Of a stretch of 64,000 nucleotides of DNA, positions 8,700 to 17,361 are shown piece after piece (position 1 is the first letter of the stretch; each line of letters begins with the position of its first letter). A program made the position numbers and the translations under genes. The stretch covers positions 96,001 to 160,000 of the forward strand of contig JBPOGH010000001.1 of assembly GCA_051252135.1 (NCBI GenBank), read 5' to 3'. The notes beneath the pieces were generated by a model that was not told where the DNA came from, did no database searches, and was given only the letters and a program-made list of their open reading frames with translations. The DNA comes from Verrucomicrobiaceae bacterium. GTDB lineage: Bacteria; Verrucomicrobiota; Verrucomicrobiia; Verrucomicrobiales; Akkermansiaceae.

Positions 8700-9131
8700 T
8701 TACCGGCGGATGATGAGGCCGGCGAGGAATCCGACGCCTGCGGCAATCAGAACTGCCTTGGTAGGGTTGGCGCGAACGGAATCTTCCATTGAGACATGAA
8801 GCTCACGGGCCTTGATCCGGGTGTCCTGCCACTGCTCGCTGGCGACTCCCTTGAACTGGATGGCGGCCTCCTCGGCAGTGTCCTTGAAGTGGTTGGCACG
8901 GTCGCCGGCGACTTCACGAATCTGGGTGGCCTTTTCTCCCGCGAAATCCCTAAGTTTGGTAGCCTTTTCAACGGCAGCTTCCTTAAGTTGGCGGGCCTTC
9001 TCCTCGGTGGGAGAAATGGTCTTTGTGGCACCGCCTCCTGCGGCGGCACGGAGATCGTTGGCCGCAGCCTTGGCGGCAGGGACTTCGGAAAAAGGAGTTG
9101 AGGGGTCGGTGTCTGCAAAAGCTTCGCTCAT
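8700..9131 (-). CDS. DUF883 / ElaB-YqjD family tail-anchored protein
   Basis: Ala/Lys-rich helical repeats and C-terminal VRANPTKAVLIAAGVGFLAGLIIRR. Confidence 0.88.
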   Translation of the reverse strand: MSEAFADTDPSTPFSEVPAAKAAANDLRAAAGGGATKTISPTEEKARQLKEAAVEKATKLRDFAGEKATQIREVAGDRANHFKDTAEEAAIQFKGVASEQWQDTRIKARELHVSMEDSVRANPTKAVLIAAGVGFLAGLIIRR

Positions 9132-9203
9132 AGTGGGATCAGTTTGAAGCCATGCCAGCGGGGTTGCAAGTCATTCGATTTAGTTGGAGGCGGATGTGGT
9201 GAA

Positions 9204-11525
9204 TTATTTGTCTTTTTTTGAATCATTCTCCTTTTTCCGCTCCTTTTTTTCACGAGCTTCACGCATGGGATTGGATTCCTCCTTCTTGGGAGTGGGGGTG
9301 AAATCGGTCTCGTTCACCTTGGGTGGCCAGGTGTTGTTCCGGGTTCTGATATCGGCGGTCCGGTTCCCGGGGTCTACGGTGACGCTGATAATGGGGGATT
9401 TGGTGATGAAGAGTCGTTTCACCTTGCGGTGATTTTTTTTCCAGATTTCGGCGGGCAGGCTGAGGGACTGTGTTTTGCCTCCCTTAAACTCGAGTTCAAC
9501 GAGGATGGGCATGATGACGCCACCAAGATTCTCGAAGGTGACCACCTGGAATTCCTTCTTCGACTTCAGGAGGGCCCGCTCCGAGGGTTTGAGATCGGCG
9601 ATTTTCTTTTTGAAGGCGTCGCGATCTTCCTTGGTGAGCTCGAAACGATCCAGTTTGTCGTAGAAGTCGCGGAGCTCCTTGTTTGCTTCAACGTATTTGG
9701 GGATTCCCTTGTTTCTGCGGCTGGTGACACTGTCTTCCTTGTATTGACGATCTTCTTCTTTCTTGTCCTTGGTGGCGGTCTTGGGATTTCCGTCGGAGAG
9801 TTGGTAGCGGGTGATGTCGGTGACGGCGAGATCGACGTGTCTGGTGGTGTAAAACCAGCTGTGCCAGAACCAATCGAGGTCGATGCCGGCGGCGTCCTCC
9901 ATGGTGCGGAAGAAGTCGGAAGGTTCGGGGCGTTTGAACATCCAGCGTTTGCTGAATTCCTGAAAGGCGTCGTCGAAGATCTCCCGGCCCATGATGGTTT
10001 CCCGGAGGATGGAGAGCCCGACGGCGGGCTTGGCGTAGGCATTGGCACCGAATTGAAGGATGGACTCGGAATTGGTCATGATGGGGCGCTGGTTGGCGCT
10101 TTTCATGTATCCGGTGATTTTACGCGGGTCGGCGCGGGAGGGGTAATCTTCCCGCCATTCCTGTTCGGTGAGCATTTGGAGGAAGGTGTTGAGTCCTTCG
10201 TCCATCCAGCTCCATTGGCGTTCGTCGGAGTTGACGATCATGGGGAACCAGTTGTGACCGACTTCATGGATGATGACCGAGATCAGTCCGTTTTTGGTCG
10301 ATTCCGTGTAGGTTCCATCGTCTTCCGGTTGGGGGCCGTTGAAGCAGATCATGGGGTATTCCATGCCGTAGACTGGGCCGTTGACCGAGATGGCAACGGG
10401 GTAGGGGTAATCGAAGGTGAACTTGGAGTAGACGTTGAGGGTGTGGATGATGGCGTGGGTGGAGTATTGGCTCCACAGCGGTTCGCCTTCATTGGGGTAG
10501 AAGGACATGGCCCAGACCGGCTTGTTGCTGTTAGGGAGGCGGTGTTTGACGGCATCCCAGATGAATTTACGGGAGGTAGCCCAAGCGAAGTCGCGCACAT
10601 TTTTGGCTTCGAAGACCCAGGTCTTGGTGCCGGAAGGCTTGGACTTTTCGTTTTCCCCGGCTTCTTCCGGAGTGATGATGAACATCGGTTTTTTAGCGTT
10701 CCCGGCTTCCTTTAGCCGTTCCTTCCATTCCTTCTTGAGGCAGGCATCGGGATTCCGGAGTTCACCGGTTGCGGTCACGACATGGTCATCCGGAACGGTG
10801 ATTGCGACCTTGTAATCTCCAAATTCGAGGGCGAACTCGCCGCGTCCTTGAAAGGCTTTATTCTGCCATCCGCGATGGTCGGTGTAGGCGGCGAGGCGGG
10901 GGAACCACTGGGCGATTTCGAATACTTTGTTGCCGTCCTTGTATTTCTCGAACGATGAGCGTCCCCAGGAGTTCCCGGCGTTGTTGAGCTTGTAGTGCCA
11001 CGCCATGCGGTAGCTAAAGTTCTTTCCCGGTTTGAGCGGTGAGGGGAGGTCGATGCGCATCATGGTATCAACGATGCGATGTTTGAGAGCGGCGCCCCGA
11101 TCGTCGACGAGGCTGTCGATTTTGAAGCCGCCGTCATATTTCTCAGTGGCCAGAGTTTGATCAAGCTGTCGAAAGCTCATCCCTTTGAACTCCGGTGCTT
11201 CGGCGCTTTGGTGCCCGAGGGAATTCCGGTTGAAACGGTTGCGGTCAAGCTGAACCCAGAGATAGGTCAGGGTGTGGGGAGATTTGTTGTGGTAAACGAC
11301 GCGTCCACTTCCTGTTAGAAGATCTTTTTTTTCGTCGAGTTCGATCTTTAGGTCGTAGTCGGCGCGCTGCTGCCAGTATTTTGGGCCGGGCGCTCCGGAG
11401 GCCAATCGCGTCTCGGTAGGGGTGGGCCAAACCTCGTCGAGTTGGCGGAAGGGGTCATTATGGAACTCAATGGGGTGGGCACACAGAAGCGGTGCCAACC
11501 CCAGAAGCAGGGTGAAAATTTTCAT
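9204..11525 (-). CDS. Secreted M1 family zinc aminopeptidase
   Basis: Signal peptide, SGAPGPKYWQQRADY, YGMEYP and HEVGH-x18-E (HEXXH). Confidence 0.92.
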   Translation of the reverse strand: MKIFTLLLGLAPLLCAHPIEFHNDPFRQLDEVWPTPTETRLASGAPGPKYWQQRADYDLKIELDEKKDLLTGSGRVVYHNKSPHTLTYLWVQLDRNRFNRNSLGHQSAEAPEFKGMSFRQLDQTLATEKYDGGFKIDSLVDDRGAALKHRIVDTMMRIDLPSPLKPGKNFSYRMAWHYKLNNAGNSWGRSSFEKYKDGNKVFEIAQWFPRLAAYTDHRGWQNKAFQGRGEFALEFGDYKVAITVPDDHVVTATGELRNPDACLKKEWKERLKEAGNAKKPMFIITPEEAGENEKSKPSGTKTWVFEAKNVRDFAWATSRKFIWDAVKHRLPNSNKPVWAMSFYPNEGEPLWSQYSTHAIIHTLNVYSKFTFDYPYPVAISVNGPVYGMEYPMICFNGPQPEDDGTYTESTKNGLISVIIHEVGHNWFPMIVNSDERQWSWMDEGLNTFLQMLTEQEWREDYPSRADPRKITGYMKSANQRPIMTNSESILQFGANAYAKPAVGLSILRETIMGREIFDDAFQEFSKRWMFKRPEPSDFFRTMEDAAGIDLDWFWHSWFYTTRHVDLAVTDITRYQLSDGNPKTATKDKKEEDRQYKEDSVTSRRNKGIPKYVEANKELRDFYDKLDRFELTKEDRDAFKKKIADLKPSERALLKSKKEFQVVTFENLGGVIMPILVELEFKGGKTQSLSLPAEIWKKNHRKVKRLFITKSPIISVTVDPGNRTADIRTRNNTWPPKVNETDFTPTPKKEESNPMREAREKKERKKENDSKKDK

Positions 11526-11637
11526 AAGGGTGACGCGAGAGTCTAACGAATTTTTTTCGATTGTGCGATGCTATTAATGAACTGATTCCCTACCTAAAAA
11601 CCTCGCCCGATTTCACCTCCTTATGTTAGGTTGGGCC

Positions 11638-12681
11638 ATGGACGCAATCATTCACCATTTGCAGAATCGGGAAGAACTTGAAGCGCGCGAGGTTGCGGTT
11701 TCGGCTGACTTCCTTCTTGATGAATCGGCGGACAAGGAGAAGAAAAAAACTTTGCTCAAAGCGCTGGCGGCCAAGGGGGAGACTGCGGCGGAAATCGCGG
11801 AATTTGTGTCAGTGTTCCTGGAGCGCGCGGTGCGTCCGGATTTTTTGGGGAAGCAGTTTGATGGTCCAACGATCGATGTTTGTGGAACGGGTGGAGACAA
11901 GCTGGATCTGTTCAATGTGTCGACGACGAGCATGTTCGTGGTGGCTGCAGCGGGAGCGACGGTGATTAAACATGGAAACCGAGGGGTGACGTCGAAGAGC
12001 GGGAGTTCGGATGTTTTGAGTGAGTTGGGGATTCCGGTGGATGTGCCGTCTGAAAAAGTGGGAGAGTGTTTGGAAAAGGCGGGTGTTGGTTTCCTCTTTG
12101 CTCCTTTGTATCATCCGGCGTTTAAGGCGGTTGCTCCTGTCCGTGCCGAGTTGGCGAAAGAGGGGATTAGGACGATCTTCAACTTGATTGGGCCGTTACT
12201 CAATCCGGCGGAGCCGGAGTGCCAGCTGATTGGGGTGATGGATTCCGAGCTGTGTCCGATTTTTGCCGAGATTTTGCAGCGGATGGGAAGAGACAGCGCC
12301 TGGGTGGTTCACGGAACGACCCAGGATGGGCGCGGGGTGGATGAAGTGAGTTTGATGGGGGCGACGCGAATTTGTAAGTCGGGGCGATTCCAATCCCAGA
12401 TTGATGAGGAAATCCACCCTTCCGATTTTGGATTGGAGATCGCTGAAGTGTCTCAGCTTCAAGGTGGTGACGCGGCAGAAAATGCGAGTATTCTAAAGAA
12501 TATTCTAAATGGGAAAGAGCATGGGCCGAAGAGGGATATTGTGATCCTAAATGCGGCAGCTGCCATCACTTGTGCCGGGCTCGCCGATAATTTGGAGCAG
12601 GCGATTGAAAAAGCCTCCGCCCTCATTGATGAAGGGGAGGCGATGGAGAGGTTGATCCGTTTGCAGGAGGCGTTATCCTGA
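11638..12681 (+). CDS. trpD: Anthranilate phosphoribosyltransferase
   Basis: DVCGTGGD, FNVST, KHGNRGVTSKSGSSD, RTIFNLIGPLLNP. Start at 11638 or 11623. Confidence 0.96.
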   Translation: MDAIIHHLQNREELEAREVAVSADFLLDESADKEKKKTLLKALAAKGETAAEIAEFVSVFLERAVRPDFLGKQFDGPTIDVCGTGGDKLDLFNVSTTSMFVVAAAGATVIKHGNRGVTSKSGSSDVLSELGIPVDVPSEKVGECLEKAGVGFLFAPLYHPAFKAVAPVRAELAKEGIRTIFNLIGPLLNPAEPECQLIGVMDSELCPIFAEILQRMGRDSAWVVHGTTQDGRGVDEVSLMGATRICKSGRFQSQIDEEIHPSDFGLEIAEVSQLQGGDAAENASILKNILNGKEHGPKRDIVILNAAAAITCAGLADNLEQAIEKASALIDEGEAMERLIRLQEALS

Positions 12682-12702
12682 GGTCATTTTGACCCCGGGC
12701 GC

Positions 12703-14103
12703 TTACTGGGCCGGGCTGAGGAATTTTTCCTGTTCCTGGCGTTCGGCTGACTTGAAGTTGTTGTCTTCCGAGGTCTCGGCGAGAAGTTCGTCACGATACT
12801 TGTCGATCATGGCTTCGACAGGCCAGGCGGAGGCTTCTCCGAAGGCGCAGATTGTTTTGCCATCGATCTGGTAGGCCACGTCCTCGAGCGTTTGGACGTC
12901 GGTCGGGGTGGCCGTGCCATTGGCAATGCGGTCGGAAATCTTGCGCATCCAGGTGGAGCCCTCACGGCACGGGGTGCATTGGCCGCAGGATTCGTGAGCG
13001 TAGAAGTGGGTGATGTTGTTGAGAACCCAAGACATCTTGCGGGAGTCATCCATGACGATGACTCCGCCCGAACCAGCCATGGAACCGGCTGCTGCGAGGG
13101 TGTCGAAGTCGAGGGGGAGGTCCCAGAACTCGAGTTCCTTGGCGTCGTCGCCCCGGCCAATGGTGAAGGATTCGTTGCAACGGAGGATTTTCGAGGATGA
13201 GCCTCCGGGGATAACGGCTTTGAATTCGCGGCCGTCCTTTGGTCCGCCACACATGTCGTGGAGGAGTTCGCGGAAGGTGACTTTGCCGACCTGAACTTCG
13301 AAGTAACCGGGGTTTTTGACATCGCCGGAAACGCAGAGGATGCGGGTGCCGGAGTTGCGCGGGGTGCCGAGCTTGACGTATTCTTCACCGCCCATGCGGA
13401 GGATGTGGACGACGTGGCAAAGGGATTCCACGTTGTTCACGATGGTGGGGCACATGTAGAGGCCCATGGCAGCCGGGAAATACGGTGGCTTGATTCGTGG
13501 GTAGGGGCGTTTGCCCTCGAGGGACTCGATGAGTCCGGTTTCCTCGCCGCAAATGTAGGCGGCGGCGCCGCGATGGACGTAGATTTCGAGGTCGAATCCG
13601 GAGCCCTGGATGTTTTGGCCGAGGAACCCTTTTTCGCGGGCTTCGGCGATGGCGCGCTCGAGGGTGATGGCGGCTTCAGGGAATTCCTCGCGAATGTAGA
13701 TGTAGGCGATGTGTGCTCCGACGGCGAAGGCGGAGATGACCATGCCTTCGATGAGTTGGTGGGGATCCTGGTGGACGATGTAGCGGTCCTTGAAGGTCCC
13801 GGGCTCAGATTCATCGCAGTTGCAGATGAGATAGACCGGCTTGGTGTTGTTGGGGGGGATGAAGCCCCATTTTACGCCGGTTGGGAATCCGGCACCGCCG
13901 CGACCGCGGAGGCCGGATGTTTTGACTTCGTCAATGACGGCCCGGGGTTCCATTTGGAGACCTTTTTTGAGCATCTCGTAGCCGCCATCTGCAAGGTATC
14001 GATCGATGGAGGTGTTCCAGCCTTCGCGGTCGACATTCTTAAAGATGAGGCGGTGCTCGTTTGCGTGGGGCTCTTTGCCCGGCAGGTAGGTGACTTCGCT
14101 CAT
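12703..14103 (-). CDS. nuoF: NADH:quinone oxidoreductase subunit F
   Basis: GLRGRGGAGFPTG, CNCDESEPGTFKDR, YICGEET, ESCGQCTPCREG...C. Confidence 0.97.
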   Translation of the reverse strand: MSEVTYLPGKEPHANEHRLIFKNVDREGWNTSIDRYLADGGYEMLKKGLQMEPRAVIDEVKTSGLRGRGGAGFPTGVKWGFIPPNNTKPVYLICNCDESEPGTFKDRYIVHQDPHQLIEGMVISAFAVGAHIAYIYIREEFPEAAITLERAIAEAREKGFLGQNIQGSGFDLEIYVHRGAAAYICGEETGLIESLEGKRPYPRIKPPYFPAAMGLYMCPTIVNNVESLCHVVHILRMGGEEYVKLGTPRNSGTRILCVSGDVKNPGYFEVQVGKVTFRELLHDMCGGPKDGREFKAVIPGGSSSKILRCNESFTIGRGDDAKELEFWDLPLDFDTLAAAGSMAGSGGVIVMDDSRKMSWVLNNITHFYAHESCGQCTPCREGSTWMRKISDRIANGTATPTDVQTLEDVAYQIDGKTICAFGEASAWPVEAMIDKYRDELLAETSEDNNFKSAERQEQEKFLSPAQ

Positions 14104-14115
14104 GGTCGGGAAAAA

Positions 14116-14889
14116 TTAGGATTGTTGGTAGCTTTCGAGGAGCCGGGCGGCTTTATCGGCACTGACTCCCTCGTGGAAGTCGTCGTTGACGAGGCAGACG
14201 GGGGCGGTGCCGCAGGAGGCGAGGCACTCGGCGTACTCGACAGAGAAGTTTCCGCAGGGAGAAACTGAAATGGGGTCTTTGTGGCCATCGGCGCCGGAGC
14301 GGTCGATTCCGGTGATTTCACAGAGCTTGTCCATGAGCTCGTAGGAGCCGCCCATGGCGCAAGAGAGGGTGCGGCAAACGCGGACGTGGAGTTTGCCGGG
14401 AGCCTTTTGACGGAACCCCGGGTAGAAGGTGACGACCTCGACGACCTTGATGGGTTCGACGTTGATTTGCTTGGCCACCCAGTCGATGGACTCGGGGCTG
14501 ATGAAGCCGAATTTATGCTGGACGGCGTGGAGAAGGGGGAGGACGGCGGAGCGGCGTTCTTCGGCAGGATACTGGGCGATGCGCTTGGCGGCTTCCTGTT
14601 CGAGTTCGGGGGTGATCTCAAATTTGGGGAAGAATTTTTCGCCGGGCGTTTTGGGTGAGGCGACGTTTTTCTCGAGAACGGTGAGTTCGGGAACGAGGTA
14701 GGCGACGGCATTGCGGTCGATTGCCGCAGGCTTGGGCACAATGATGGTGTCCGAGGCGAGGCCGGATTCATAGACCAGGGCGGCACGATCGATGGCACGA
14801 GGCATCGGGATGTCGCGAGTGGGCGTGAGATAGGCGAGTTGGCTTCGGTCGATTTTCCGAGGCTGTGGGACTTCAATTCTGGAGTTCAC
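14116..14889 (-). CDS. nuoE: NADH:quinone oxidoreductase subunit E with repetitive N-terminal extension
   Basis: 2Fe-2S ligands CRTLSC...CLASC and VVTFY; lies between nuoD and nuoF. GTG start at 14889 is uncertain. Confidence 0.93.
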   Translation of the reverse strand: MNSRIEVPQPRKIDRSQLAYLTPTRDIPMPRAIDRAALVYESGLASDTIIVPKPAAIDRNAVAYLVPELTVLEKNVASPKTPGEKFFPKFEITPELEQEAAKRIAQYPAEERRSAVLPLLHAVQHKFGFISPESIDWVAKQINVEPIKVVEVVTFYPGFRQKAPGKLHVRVCRTLSCAMGGSYELMDKLCEITGIDRSGADGHKDPISVSPCGNFSVEYAECLASCGTAPVCLVNDDFHEGVSADKAARLLESYQQS

Positions 14890-14925
14890 CGGAGAAAAAA
14901 TGGTCGTAATTGGAAGTGGAAAGAA

Positions 14926-16182
14926 TCAGCGGTCACATTCTCCCATGACGAAGTCGAGGGAGCCCAGGATGGCGGGGATGTCGGAAACCATGTGGCCTTT
15001 GAGGAGATCGGCACAGATGCCGAGGTTGACGAAGGATGGGGCGCGAATTTTGAGGCGGTAGGGGACTCCTCCGCCTTTGGAGCAGATGTAGAAGCCGAGT
15101 TCGCCTTTGGGGTTTTCAGCGGCAAAGTAGACTTCGCCCACGGGGGCTTCGATGCCCTGGGTGGAGACGATGAAGTGGTGGATGAGTTCCTCCATGCTCA
15201 TGAGGACGCGTTCCTTGTTGGGGAGGACGGATTTGGGGTCGATGTAGTTGATCTCGCCTTCAGGCATGGTGTCGAGGACCTGGCGGACGATCTTAATGGA
15301 CTGTCTCATTTCCTCCATGCGGACGAGGTAGCGGTCGTAGCAATCGCCATTTTCGCCGACGGGAACGTCGAACTCATATTTTTCGTAGCCGAGGTAAGGG
15401 CTATCTTTGCGCAGGTCGCGATCGACTCCGCAGGCGCGGAGGTTGGGGCCGGTCATGCCGTAGCTGATGGCATCCTCACGGCTGATAACGCCGACGTCGC
15501 ACATGCGCTCGAGGTAGATTTTGTTTTTATCGAGGAGGCCGGAGATTTCCGCGATGGTTTTTTCACACTCGTCGAGGAACTGGCGGATGTCGTCGTCGAG
15601 GCCCTTGGGGAGGTCACGAATTTGGCCGCCAACCCTGGTGTAGGAAGTGGTGAAGCGAGCTCCGGTGATTTGCTCGCAGAAGTTGTAGATTTTTTCCCGC
15701 TCGGTGAAGGTGTAGAGGAAGACGGTCATGGCGCCGACATCCATGGCGCAGACGCCGACTCCCAGCATGTGGGAGGAGATACGGGCGAGTTCACAGCAAA
15801 GGACGCGAAGGGCCTGGCCACGGGGAGGGAGCTCCCAGCCCATGAGTTTTTCGACGGCGCAGGCGTAAGCGATGTTATTTGCGAGCGGGGCGAGGTAGTC
15901 CAGTCGGTCGGTGTAGGGGACGAACTGGTTGTAGTGCATGTTCTCGGCGATTTTTTCGTCGCCGCGGTGCAGATATCCGATGTGAGGTTCGGCTTTTTCG
16001 ATGATTTCGCCGTCCAGTTCAAGGACAAGGCGGAGGACGCCGTGGGTCGCCGGATGGGAAGGTCCCATATTCAGGACCATCTTTTCTCCGAGGACATCAT
16101 CGGTCTCGGAGCGGTAGTCATCGACGGCTTTTGCTGCAATGGCAGCGGAATCGGGAGCCTCGTAAGTAGTGGTCTCGCTCAT
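14926..16182 (-). CDS. nuoD: NADH:quinone oxidoreductase subunit D
   Basis: NMGPSHPATHGVLR, GYLHRG, DRLDY, ENPKGELG, C-terminal GECDR. Confidence 0.97.
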   Translation of the reverse strand: MSETTTYEAPDSAAIAAKAVDDYRSETDDVLGEKMVLNMGPSHPATHGVLRLVLELDGEIIEKAEPHIGYLHRGDEKIAENMHYNQFVPYTDRLDYLAPLANNIAYACAVEKLMGWELPPRGQALRVLCCELARISSHMLGVGVCAMDVGAMTVFLYTFTEREKIYNFCEQITGARFTTSYTRVGGQIRDLPKGLDDDIRQFLDECEKTIAEISGLLDKNKIYLERMCDVGVISREDAISYGMTGPNLRACGVDRDLRKDSPYLGYEKYEFDVPVGENGDCYDRYLVRMEEMRQSIKIVRQVLDTMPEGEINYIDPKSVLPNKERVLMSMEELIHHFIVSTQGIEAPVGEVYFAAENPKGELGFYICSKGGGVPYRLKIRAPSFVNLGICADLLKGHMVSDIPAILGSLDFVMGECDR

Positions 16183-16264
16183 GGTGCGCTGGGGGATAGA
16201 ACTCCCAAACTACGGGAGTCGCAAGGAGTTTGTGATTTTTTTCACAAAGTCCTGAGAAATCCGG

Positions 16265-16759
16265 TTACGGGAGAAGAGTGACCCGTGTTGGGGAGTAGAC
16301 ATCGGCAGGTGAGAAGAGCCAGCCGGGATCTTTGTGGAGCAGTTCGTAGTTGGTAAGGACAAACTCGGGGAGGAATTGGTTGCTGTTGGGCTCGTAGAGC
16401 TTTCGGCCGCTGTAGTATCCGTAGATCTTGTATTCGTAGTTCTGGTCGAAGCCGTAGCGACGTCCGAAGGGCCCGTCTTCGGGGAGGCGATCGGGGTTTA
16501 ACTTCTTAGATTCGTTAAAAATCACGAGTTGTGAATTTTTAGCGGACTGTCCCGGTTTGCGAAGGTAGCCCCAGAAGCGGGTCTTTTGGACGTAGTAGCG
16601 TCGGCCGTAGTAGAAATCTCCACGGGGTTCATTGGCGATTTCGGCCCGACGGGTGGCGGGATCGGGGTGGTTTCCGAGATTTCCTCCACCTGCGGTGGGG
16701 GAGCTGGCGCACGAGGCGAGGAATAGGGCGAGGGAGGAAAGAGCGAGGAGAAGGCGCAT
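16265..16759 (-). CDS. Hypothetical lipoprotein
   Basis: Signal peptide ending in lipobox FLASC; Tyr/Arg-rich globular domain. Confidence 0.8.
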   Translation of the reverse strand: MRLLLALSSLALFLASCASSPTAGGGNLGNHPDPATRRAEIANEPRGDFYYGRRYYVQKTRFWGYLRKPGQSAKNSQLVIFNESKKLNPDRLPEDGPFGRRYGFDQNYEYKIYGYYSGRKLYEPNSNQFLPEFVLTNYELLHKDPGWLFSPADVYSPTRVTLLP

Positions 16760-16888
16760 CGGAAGGAGTTTCCGCAGGAAGAGGAAGCCGGGTCAAGCCC
16801 GGACGCGTGCGGGAATTCCACTTGAATCTTTCGGGTCCCTGAACTAAGGCCAGCCTTCCGATACGCGTGCGTAGGCGGAAATTCAGTT

Positions 16889-17359
16889 ATGAACCTTCAC
16901 CTCCTCATCCCAGCCGAGTGTGTGATTCTCGAGCTCAAGAATATCGAGCACGAGGATGTCATCGGAGAAATGGTCGATCATTTGGTGAAAACCGGGCGGG
17001 TATTCGCTGATGATCGGGATCGTTTTGTGGAGGCGGTGGTGGAGCGTGAGCTTCAAGTGGGAACCGGATTGGGTTCCGGAGTGGCGGTGCCGCATGCGCG
17101 GGTGACCGGGATTGATGAGATGGTGGCGGTGTTTGGGCGTTCCAAGGAAGGGGCGGATTTTGAATCACCTGACAATGCGCCGGCACACAGTGTGGTGCTG
17201 TTACTCGCTCCGGAGGGGCAGGCGGCCCAGCATCTGCAAACTTTATCCGAGCTGGCGAAGATTTTTGCGCAATGCGAATGCCGTGAGGAGCTTCAAGCGG
17301 CGACGACGGAGCATCAAATTTCTGCCATTTTTGCAAGTGGCTCACTTCTTTCCCCCTGA
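16889..17359 (+). CDS. PTS IIA domain protein (EIIA-Ntr/fructose type)
   Basis: RE...TGLGSGVAVPHAR with the phospho-His; stand-alone 156-aa protein. Confidence 0.9.
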   Translation: MNLHLLIPAECVILELKNIEHEDVIGEMVDHLVKTGRVFADDRDRFVEAVVERELQVGTGLGSGVAVPHARVTGIDEMVAVFGRSKEGADFESPDNAPAHSVVLLLAPEGQAAQHLQTLSELAKIFAQCECREELQAATTEHQISAIFASGSLLSP

Positions 17360-17361
17360 CA

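Noticed and set aside
14839..16281. 480-aa + strand ORF antisense to nuoD (similar shadows at 6765..7805, 9429..10715, 13258..14268)
   Set aside because: Codon-aligned mirrors of well-conserved genes that avoid TTA/CTA/TCA; the translations show no recognisable motifs.
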